Source of the DNA: an uncultured Verrucomicrobiae bacterium | Lineage (GTDB): Bacteria; Verrucomicrobiota; Verrucomicrobiia; Chthoniobacterales; Chthoniobacteraceae | Reading direction: 5' to 3' | DNA: 64,000 bases | Assembly (NCBI GenBank): GCA_963769025.1 | Contig: CAVYKI010000009.1 | Location: 1,120,001-1,184,000 of the forward strand | Shown: piece by piece, positions 1 through 7,983 of the stretch | How the letters are laid out: each line of letters opens with the position of its first letter | Numbering within the stretch: position 1 is the stretch's first letter | The notes under the pieces: generated by a model | The model's database searches: none | Told to the model about the DNA's origin: nothing | What the model saw: the letters and a program-made list of their open reading frames with translations, nothing else | Position numbers and translations under genes: made by a program

Positions 1-3000
1 GGGGACGAAGTCCATCTTCTCGAATGCACCGGGCAGCGTGGCCATCTGGTTTGCGGCCTGGCCGATCTCGTCCTCGGAGCCTGGCTGCACGATCATCAAG
101 TTGTGCGGCGTGGCGTCGGGGTTTTCCAGGATGAGCTTCACCGGCGAGCCGGCCTTCACTTTGAACTCCGTGATCGTGAACATCATCCTTTCGTGGAGTG
201 TGGACATCTGCACGATCTGCGGCTTGAGCTTGTCGAACGGATCGCGCGCGCCCGTGCTGCTCGGCTTGCGCTTCTGCGGCGTGCTGTCGGCAAGGAATTT
301 CACGAGCTGCGGCTCGGCAGAAAATTTCGCGTCCTTCTCCCAGTGCGGCTTCAGCGAATCGAGCGCGCTGCGCAGGGCGAACGTGAGATACGTGTCCATC
401 GGGTGCTTCAGCAAATCGAGCGCGACGCCCGCGGCCTCCCGGCTCTGGAAATAGCTCGCGGCAATCGCCGCCTCCAGTCGCACGAGCCCGTTCCCGTCAT
501 TCGCGCATTCGCGCAGGAGGTCGAGCGCACGCGGTTCGGTCGAGGTGCAGATGAGCGATTCCTTTCCGTCCTCCCCCGTCACTTTGATCAAGTCGTGCCC
601 CTGCCCCGCGAGCAGCGGATGCGCCCAGCGCAGTTCGCGCGTCGCCGCGGCGCGGGCCTGGGGATCCTTCGCGTGCAGCAGCTTCATGAGCAGATCCACA
701 TTCGTGAAGCCCAGCCCGCGATACATCCACAACGCCTCGGTTTCGTGATGCAGCACACGCGCATCGCCCGCATCGAGCTTCGGCCACCACGCATCGAGCG
801 CCTTGCGCACTTCGTCGCGCGGACGCTCGCGCAGTTCCATCTTCGCGAGGTAGCGCGTGCGCGGCTCGGGGACTTTCAAAAGTTCCAGCAGCGCGGGAAC
901 CTGCTCGCCCGCGATCTTCGGCGCATCGAGCAGCGGCTGTCCCTTCGCGGTGATTCGCCAGATGCGGCCGCTCGTCTTGTCGCGGCGCGTGTCGCGCAGC
1001 GAATACTGCGCGTGGCCCTTCACCGGATTGTACCAGTCGCACACATACATGTCGCCGCGCGGGCCGCAGCGCACGTCGGTCGGGATGAACGACAGGTTCG
1101 TGCTCTCCCACACGTGGCCCTCCAGCTTCTCCTCGAAGTGCGTGTCCTTTTCCTCCCAGCGCATGATTTCCACGCTGTTCGTCGGCTTGTAGCGCACGCG
1201 CGCGAAGCACCCCTGCAGCTCCGCGGGAAAATGCCGGCCCGTGAAAAACTCCTGCCCGCAGGTGCCGCTGTAGGCCGGGAAGAAATTCCCCGCCGGCACG
1301 TGCTGCTGCGGGAATGGCGGGTTCAGCGCATGCACCGCGCTCGCGAAGACCGGATGACTCCCGACGTGCCAGCCCCAGTCATCGAACACGATGCCCCACG
1401 GATTCGTGCTGTAGTAGCTGCCGAATGCGAGCAGCCGCTGCGTCGCCGGGCGGAAGCGGAAGAACGTGCTGTCCTGCGCGCGCACCGGGCCGTAGGGCGT
1501 CTCGACCGACGAGTGATGAAAGATGCTCTCGCGGAAAATGAGGTCGCCGTCCGGGCTCCACGCAAAGTCGTGCAGCGCGTGATGCGAATCCTCCGTGCCG
1601 AAACCCGTCATCACGATCTGCTTCAGGTCCGCCTTTCCGTCGCCGTCCGTGTCCTTGAGAAAAACGAGGCTCGGCTGCTCCGACACATACACGCCGCCGT
1701 CGCCAAACTCGAAGGACAGCGGGATCGTCAGCCCCGTCGCGAACGTCGAGCACTTGTCCGCCTTCCCGTCGCCATCCGTGTCTTCGAGGATGATCGAGCT
1801 TGTCGCCCGGCGCGTCGCCCGGCGTCACCTGCGGATAGGTCTGCGAGCACGACACCCACAGCCGCCCGCGCGTGTCGAAGCGCATCTGGATCGGCTTCGC
1901 CAGTTCGGGAAAATCTTCCTCCGACGCAAAGCAGTTCACCTCAAAGCGCGGATCGATCCGGAACGCCTTCAGCTCGTCCGCAGGCGTGAGCCATTCGTTG
2001 ATGGGCCGGTCGCCCGTGATCGCCGGGAGCGGCGTCGTGTTCGAGTCGTCCACCTTCACGCCCCTTCCCTTCGGCGAGCGCCCACGCCGCGCGGTCGCGG
2101 TTCTCCGTCATCTCCTCCAGCTTCTTCAGCTCGCCGGGGAAATTGACCACGCCATACGGCTGCGCGCGCCCGCCGGTGATGTAGAAGCCATTCAGCGGAC
2201 GGTAATGCAGCAGCCACTGCCGGTTCTTGTCCTCCACCGTTTCCTTCAACTGCGCCGACACGTCCTTCGGCGTCTCGCTGAACAGCCCGCGGAACAGCAT
2301 CTCGCCAAACTGCCGGTAGCCCGCGTCCGTGAGATGGATGCCATTAAAAGTGAGCGCCTCCTTTTTCTCCGCCGCATTTTTCCGCGCCTCCATCGCCGCG
2401 AGAGACGGCGTGAACACATCCACAAACCCCACGCGCTCCCGCTTCGCCACGCGCTCCATCGCCTCCGTGTAGAGGCGCAGCCGCGCGTTGCTCTCGCGCC
2501 CGTCCGGCAGATTCGGATTGCCGAGATTCTCATGCGCGATCGGCGAGATGAGCACGATGGCCGGTGCCGACTTCCCATTGTAGCGATGCGCCCGCAGCCC
2601 CGCGACGAACGCCACCAGATCCGCCTCAAACTTCGCCACGCCCGCCGCACCGGCAAACGACTCATTGAACCCATACCCCGCGAGCACCACGTCCGCCTTC
2701 ACCTCCGCGAGCTGCGCGTGCATGTCCGCATATTTCTCCGGACGCGGCTGCACCGTGATCTCATCCCCCGGCCAGGCGAGCGTCCGCACCACCGGCTGCT
2801 GCGCCGCAAACCGCGCAAACAGCATCCCCTCAAACCACCCATGCGCCTGCATCCGCTCCATGAGCGTCCCCCCGAGAATCGCAATGCGCGCCCCCTTCTC
2901 GATGGAAAGCGGGAGCATCGTTGGAATCACCTCAGCAGCCTTCGCCGATTGCGCGGCACCCGCCGCATTCTGCGCACACACGGGCCACGAACACGCGACG

Positions 3001-3047
3001 GAAAGAACGGCAACGGCGGCGGGGAAAAGAAGGCGAGGGGAATTCAT
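1..3047 (-). CDS. Large secreted PVC-type multidomain protein (SGNH/GDSL-like domain + membrane-bound dehydrogenase-type beta-propeller + HEAT-like repeats + cupredoxin/azurin-like domain); runs off the left edge; frameshifts near 2065 and 1795
   Basis: ORF 1941..3092 has a signal peptide and GYGFNES / NGIHL motifs. It continues in ORF 1379..2059 (FASEEDFPELAKPIQMRFDTRGRLWV) and then in a third frame (LEDTDGDGKADK, GFGTEDSHH, NPWG). The left edge reads ENPDATPHNLMIVQPG, which is cupredoxin-like. Confidence 0.8.
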
Positions 3048-3176
3048 GGGAGTGCTCGGAACACCCTCACCGCCGCGACGACGGACACTCAAGGATTTTC
3101 AAATCAACTTGGTGCATTTCACAAATTCCCCGACCGGCTTACGCCCTAACAGCGAAATTGGGGTTTCGCGGCCGAC

Positions 3177-4889
3177 TCAAATCGTCAGCGCCCAAATCGA
3201 TTTGGCAACTTTCGCCATCTCGCCTTGCCGTTTTGCAATCGTCTCTTCCGTCCAGTCGCTGTATTGAGGCAGTTCCTTCGAAGTTCGATATTGGGATTGT
3301 GCATACACATGCTGTTTTTGTGCAAATGCGGCGTTGCCAGCTTGCTGCCCATTCAATCCTCGCTCCAACAATGAGTAGTTGCCGACGCGCTCGTAGCTGC
3401 GCTCATGTGCCTCGGGAGTAAACTGCTCCCACCCGACCTCACCCGGATTCTCCGGCAGGATATGCTCAACCGTGGCGGTCATCCCTTCGTCGGTGATGTC
3501 GGCACCGCTGAGTTGCTTTTCAATCTTAGCGAGAAGGTAGCGCAACCGCTTGCCAGAAGTGCTGCGGTTCCTCAGTCGAAGCGCTGAGAAATCCGCCTCG
3601 AACTCATCATCGGGAACGTAGATGGGCCGTAGAGCCTGCCGCACCGCAGCAAGTGTTGTAGCAGTGCCACGACGGACTTCCAAGGCTGCGCGGTTGTAAA
3701 TTTCTTCCAGAATGTGAGTGCTGCGTCGGCCGACGCCGTTGAATCTCACCGACAACACCGCGCAATAACGAAGAATCTCCACCAAGTCTTGCGGAGCGAT
3801 GAACACATCCTTCGCAGCAAGGACTAGCGGTGTGAACTGGGATACATTGAAAAGGTTGAGCACGCGCACCTGTTCGCGTGCGCCTTGGTAATCCAGCCAG
3901 AACTGGCTGGAAAAGTCGCTGAGTGCTTCGAACCACGCGGCATCCTTCTCTAATCGATCGAGCAGAGCAAATACGTGGTCCAGTGTCGTCACATCCCGCT
4001 TGATCGTTTTGAAGAGCTGCTTCTGTCGCACGTATTCACGATGAGAGTTCAGGTGGTGACGCAGGAAATCGGGAAAGCTGGCGATGCCCACACGAGCGGT
4101 GATGCGCGCCCACTGCCGGAGCACCGGGTCCATCTGCGACTTGCTGAGACGATCCGCCAGCGACAGCAGGTAGTTTTTCAACAGATCAGTTTCTGTCAGT
4201 TCCAAACCACGCGCGTTCAGAGTTTCAAAGACGGTGTAGGCGCTCAACTGATCCTGCACTCGCACGCTGATGAATACCAATCGCTCGGTAACAATCTCGC
4301 TGACGAAGCCCGCTACCTCCTCGCCCTTCTTCTTGCGCGAAAACTTTTCCTGAACCTTGCGTTTGAAGAACTGGAAACACTCCCAAAGAAGTCTCTCCGA
4401 ATCACGCAAACCTCGAACTCCACCCTGCGGCGGCTTGCGCTGGGCGAGGTTCAACTGAAAGAAGTCGTCGTCGTTGTTGTTGAGCTTGAGTTTTGGCGTG
4501 ATCCTCAGACTAGCCTCGTCTTTCGAGCCGACGTATCGCCCCTCCAAGAGTTCGGCTCGCTCGCGGTTTTCGGCTGGCTCGACGCCTTCTTTCGCAAGCT
4601 CATAGAGATAATCCGCGCAGGCGAGGATCAGGATGCTAAGCGTCGCCATTCGCTGCTGCCCGTAAATAATCCGGAACTGCTTCCGCTCGCCACTTTCCAG
4701 CACCAGCGCGCCCATGTAGTGATCCTCGCGGTTGGCCTCGATAGTCATCAAGTCTTCCCAGAGGTCCTCCCAATGCTCGTCCTTCCACGAGTAGTCACGT
4801 TGATACGGGGGAACACTGTAGCTCTTCCCGTTGCTGAGAAGCTCCTTCAGGTCTTCCGTATCGGTGTTGAGTAGAGTGCTGCGTGCCAT
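3177..4889 (-). CDS. GmrSD-family restriction-like protein (DUF262 + DUF1524/HNH)
   Basis: Motifs VPPYQRDYSW, YGQQR (for canonical DGQQR), FETLNARG, and C-terminal TVEHILPEN...GNYSLL...N. Composition is visibly less GC-rich than the flanks. Confidence 0.9.
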   Translation of the reverse strand: MARSTLLNTDTEDLKELLSNGKSYSVPPYQRDYSWKDEHWEDLWEDLMTIEANREDHYMGALVLESGERKQFRIIYGQQRMATLSILILACADYLYELAKEGVEPAENRERAELLEGRYVGSKDEASLRITPKLKLNNNDDDFFQLNLAQRKPPQGGVRGLRDSERLLWECFQFFKRKVQEKFSRKKKGEEVAGFVSEIVTERLVFISVRVQDQLSAYTVFETLNARGLELTETDLLKNYLLSLADRLSKSQMDPVLRQWARITARVGIASFPDFLRHHLNSHREYVRQKQLFKTIKRDVTTLDHVFALLDRLEKDAAWFEALSDFSSQFWLDYQGAREQVRVLNLFNVSQFTPLVLAAKDVFIAPQDLVEILRYCAVLSVRFNGVGRRSTHILEEIYNRAALEVRRGTATTLAAVRQALRPIYVPDDEFEADFSALRLRNRSTSGKRLRYLLAKIEKQLSGADITDEGMTATVEHILPENPGEVGWEQFTPEAHERSYERVGNYSLLERGLNGQQAGNAAFAQKQHVYAQSQYRTSKELPQYSDWTEETIAKRQGEMAKVAKSIWALTI

Positions 4890-4941
4890 AATTGACGGTG
4901 AGTTTACACAGTCGATCAGGAATGAACAGTCTCCGCCATAC

Positions 4942-5112
4942 TCAGTTTTCCGCGCAGGAGAACCACGCCCGCAGCCCGTCCTTCTTCAGCCGCTCCGCCA
5001 CGTCGCGCATGACCGCGTTGCCGCCAGTGTCGTGCATCAAAGTGGGCGGCTTACTTCGTTTGTCCTTTTCGCTGTGGCTCGGGAAGACGTCGTAGGGGAA
5101 TTCACCGGGCAT
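4942..5112 (-). pseudogene. Truncated TIR-domain N-terminal fragment, copy 1 (56 aa)
   Basis: My translation: MPGEFPYDVFPSHSEKDK[RSKPPTLMHDTGGN]AVMRDVAERLKKDGLRAWFSCAEN*. This resembles the TIR_2 start YDVFLSH...DK..V...AERL...GL.VWFD. Confidence 0.75.
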
Positions 5113-5178
5113 GGCTGTGGGGAATGGGATTCAGACGCTGGTTCCAACCTGCGGACGCGAGGTGCATAGCAGGGCGGG
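4960..5178. repeat. ~220-bp direct repeat, copy 1 (TIR start plus upstream leader)
   Basis: Aligns by eye with 6232..6451 at roughly 90% identity. Confidence 0.92.
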
Positions 5179-5273
5179 CACCGGGACGGCAAGCAGTTGG
5201 GCGGGTTTTTGAAGGATGCAAATTTTCCAAAGGTGACGGTGATCTTTCCGGGGGCGCGGGTTTCTCGCTCACA

Positions 5274-5564
5274 TCAGCCGCTGAACGGGCGTCTGGCAGC
5301 ATGACGGATGTGGCCGATGAGCACGGCGGTGGAGTGGATTTGAAAGAAGACAATGTAATTGCCGAAGGGCATCATCCTCCACGTTCTGGCGTACGGATAT
5401 GCCGCGAAGCGTTCAGGGAAAGTCTCCAAAGAGGCGCAGGCGGCGAGCAGTTGGCTGACGAAACGATCGGCCACCGCACGGTCGCGAGCCTCATCAACGA
5501 GCCGGGTGTGAATCCCGTCCAAGTCCCGGAGCGTGCGCCGGGCATGGACAACCTCGCGCTTCAC
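5274..5564 (-). CDS. RelE/ParE-family toxin
   Basis: 96 aa: ALRDL-like start (TLRDLDGI), L.TFPER, R....GNYIVFF, IRHAARR. Start overlaps the upstream antitoxin stop (GTGA). Confidence 0.85.
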   Translation of the reverse strand: MKREVVHARRTLRDLDGIHTRLVDEARDRAVADRFVSQLLAACASLETFPERFAAYPYARTWRMMPFGNYIVFFQIHSTAVLIGHIRHAARRPFSG

Positions 5565-5773
5565 GGCAGACCGAAATGCCGCCGCACGTCACCTTCCCGC
5601 AAGACATCTCCCCGGGCGAACTCCGCTTCGGCTTCAGAAAGCGCCTCGCGAATCACCGAGGTCTCTTCGCTGGAAAAACGCGACGCGAGCATTTCGGCAA
5701 TGCCGGTCTGGATCTTCATCCATTCCTCGCTGGGCATCGCGGCAATGGTGGCGAGAAGTTCCTGAGCGTTCAT
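5561..5773 (-). CDS. Putative antitoxin of the ParE/RelE toxin
   Basis: 70-aa acidic protein ending EAEAEFARGDV....VRRHFGL, translationally coupled to the toxin. Confidence 0.75.
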   Translation of the reverse strand: MNAQELLATIAAMPSEEWMKIQTGIAEMLASRFSSEETSVIREALSEAEAEFARGDVLREGDVRRHFGLP

Positions 5774-5831
5774 GTCGCCCGCACGCTGCCACGGCGAGGC
5801 ATCGCCCTCAAGTGAGAACCCCGCACATTTT

Positions 5832-5915
5832 TCATTTCGAGGTTCCATGGGGAGTGACGGGGCCGGATGGAGCCGGGTTGCAACACGATTGGTCGCTGAA
5901 GAAGCGCAGGCTCAC
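5832..5915 (-). pseudogene. Remnant of a DUF5615 (PIN-like) toxin partner of DUF433
   Basis: GTG overlaps the DUF433 stop (GTGA). It reads MSLRFFSDQ, a DUF5615-like start, then diverges and stops after 27 aa. Confidence 0.6.
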
Positions 5916-6133
5916 GCAGGCACGGCTTCAAATTCCGACAAGTCGCGGGCGTAATCCAGGCACGCCGCAACATCGGCCGGAGTGATGTCGGGAAATTCCC
6001 GCTGGATGGCTGCCGCATCGCGTCCTGCCGCCAGATAGCCCAGGATGAGCGCCACGGGAATGCGGGTGCCCTTGATGCACGGCTTGCCGCGGAGGATTTG
6101 CGAATCGCTAAGGATGTGTTCGCGCCAGTTCAT
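5912..6133 (-). CDS. DUF433 domain protein (VapB45-like antitoxin)
   Basis: ILRGKPCIKGTRIPV...EFPDIT..DVAACLDYA. Confidence 0.92.
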   Translation of the reverse strand: MNWREHILSDSQILRGKPCIKGTRIPVALILGYLAAGRDAAAIQREFPDITPADVAACLDYARDLSEFEAVPA

Positions 6134-6141
6134 AAGGTGAA

Positions 6142-6384
6142 TTATGTCACACGCTTGGCGGAAGGCGAGAGCTTCGCAGTCTTCGACTGGGTTCTTTCGA
6201 TGCTGCCGCCGGGCCGGATCTCCCATTCATCGAACCACCCCCGCAGCCCGTCCTTCCTCAGCCGCTCCGCCACGCCGCGCACGACCGGGTTGCCGCCAGT
6301 GTCGTGCATCAAAGTGGGCGGCATACTTCGTTTGTCCCTTGCGTTGTGGCTCGGGAAAGCATCGCAAGGGAATTCACCGGGCAT
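6142..6384 (-). pseudogene. Truncated TIR-domain N-terminal fragment, copy 2 (80 aa)
   Basis: MPGEFPCDAFPSHNARDK[RSMPPTLMHDTGGN]PVVRGVAERLRKDGLRGWFDEWEIRPGGSI, followed by unrelated sequence. Confidence 0.8.
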
Positions 6385-6451
6385 CGCTCTGGGGAGTGGG
6401 ATTCCAACGCTGGTTCCGACCTGCGGACGCGAGGTGGCATGGCAGGGCGGG
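6232..6451. repeat. ~220-bp direct repeat, copy 2
   Basis: Aligns with 4960..5178; offset 1272 bp. Confidence 0.92.
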
Positions 6452-6604
6452 AGGGAGGGAAAAGGATGAAGTTTCAAGGATGAGCCGGAAACTTTGGCTT
6501 CCGCGACGGGCAACCTTTTAGTCGAACGCGGTCGCAGACCGGATTTTCCATCGTTTGATGCGGTTTTTGCTTCAAAAAAGGCTCTTTTTCAAGGTTGCGA
6601 GGTG

Positions 6605-7087
6605 ATTCTCCGACGCAAGAAAACCATTCTCCGACGCAAGAAAACCATTCTCCGACGCAAGAAAACCATTCTCCGACGCAAGAAAACCATTCTCCGACGC
6701 AAGAAAACCATTCTCCGACGCAAGAAAACCATTCTCCGACGCAAGAAAACCATTCTCCGACGCAAGAAAACCATTCTCCGACGCAAGAGAACCATTCTCC
6801 GACGCAAGAGAACCATTCTCCGACGCAAGAGAACCATTCTCCGACGCAAGAGAACCATTCTCCGACGCAAGAGAACCATTCTCCGACGCAAGAGAACCAT
6901 TCTCCGACGCAAGAGAACCATTCTCCGACGCAAGAGAACCATTCTCCGACGCAAGAGAACCATTCTCCGACGCAAGAAAACCATTCTCCGACGCAAGAGA
7001 ACCGCTCCCCGACGCAAGTGAACCGTTCTCCGACGCAAGAGAACCATTCTCCGACGCAAGAGAACGATCCTCCGCCGGAAGAGAAGC
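6605..7087. repeat. Tandem array of the 21-bp unit ATTCTCCGACGCAAGA(A/G)AACC, ~22 copies plus one degenerate copy
   Basis: Directly visible. 8 A-variant units, then 9 G-variant units, then mixed and degenerate units at the right end. No spacers. Confidence 0.98.
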
Positions 7088-7171
7088 GAAGGCGTCCAGC
7101 ATCATCTCCAGAAGGGCAGGCGGTCCGGTTTCCCCTTCCATCATGCAGTCCGCGCGCTAGCGTGCGCGGCT

Positions 7172-7882
7172 GTGCCAGTCTTCTCCGGCATTTTCCGCAA
7201 TCTAGTCTTCAAGCCGATCTTGCGGCCGGTTTTTCGCGTGCTCACCGGGGTGCTGGCCATCCCGGTGTTTCGGTTTGTGATGCGGCGTTTCTTTCACCGG
7301 AAAAAGCTCACGAAGGAAATGGAGCGGGACCTGGAGATGTGGTTCCGGGGCGCGGTGATCCTGCTCGCGGCGACGGCGAATCTGGAGGATTTTCTCTTCG
7401 GCTGGCTGCCCTGGCACAAGAGCGAGGAGCCGTGGCTGACCATGCTGCTGCGCCTGCTGCTGGCCGTCGGGGTCATCGAGCACATGCCCGACCAGGAGGT
7501 GTTTGGCATCCTGCATCGCGGGCCGCCACAGGTGAAGCTGACCAGCCGCAGCGGGTGGAAGGAAGCCTGGCGGCGGCGGCGGGAATTCCTGCGCGGCCTC
7601 GTGGTCCTCCACCTGAAGCGCTCCTCGCCGGTGTTTGTCATCATGACGGTGATCTTCGGAAACCAGCCGGGCACGCGCGAGTTCATCGTCGGATGGATCT
7701 TCTACGGCCTCGCGGTCGCGCAGTACTTGATCATCGGGCTGGTGACCGAGGGCGACCGGCTCCGGGGCTTGCTGGCGGAGTTCGACCGCAGTGCGGAGGC
7801 GCTCCGGAAGGAGATCGCGGCGAAGGAACCTGCTTCCGCAACCCCGGCGAATGACGGGACGACACCGATCTCGCCCCCGTAG
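7172..7882 (+). CDS. Hypothetical membrane protein
   Basis: 236-aa ORF with several hydrophobic segments; TAGCGT -10-like box 8 nt before the GTG. Confidence 0.8.
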   Translation: MPVFSGIFRNLVFKPILRPVFRVLTGVLAIPVFRFVMRRFFHRKKLTKEMERDLEMWFRGAVILLAATANLEDFLFGWLPWHKSEEPWLTMLLRLLLAVGVIEHMPDQEVFGILHRGPPQVKLTSRSGWKEAWRRRREFLRGLVVLHLKRSSPVFVIMTVIFGNQPGTREFIVGWIFYGLAVAQYLIIGLVTEGDRLRGLLAEFDRSAEALRKEIAAKEPASATPANDGTTPISPP

Positions 7883-7983
7883 CGACGACCGCCAGACTGT
7901 GAATGGGCTGCCCCGCTACACGCCGCCAGCCGAGGGCGGGTAATCGGCATTTGCCTCGCGACGGGGAAGTCGCGCGCGGCTTC

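Noticed and set aside
4942..6384. Functional TIR/Thoeris-type defence system
   Set aside because: Both TIR pieces stop well before the catalytic Glu region and no effector gene is present.
4900..6500. Classical integron with attC sites
   Set aside because: No integrase, and I could not find RYYYAAC...GTTRRRY-bounded palindromes after the genes.
6605..7087. CRISPR array
   Set aside because: The units are directly abutting with no unique spacers, and there are no cas genes in the window.
6494..7854. ORFs through the tandem array (6494..7021 +, 6572..7144 -, 6589..7059 -, 6595..7854 +) as proteins
   Set aside because: They arise because the unit lacks stops in every frame; nothing in the sequence singles out one as translated.
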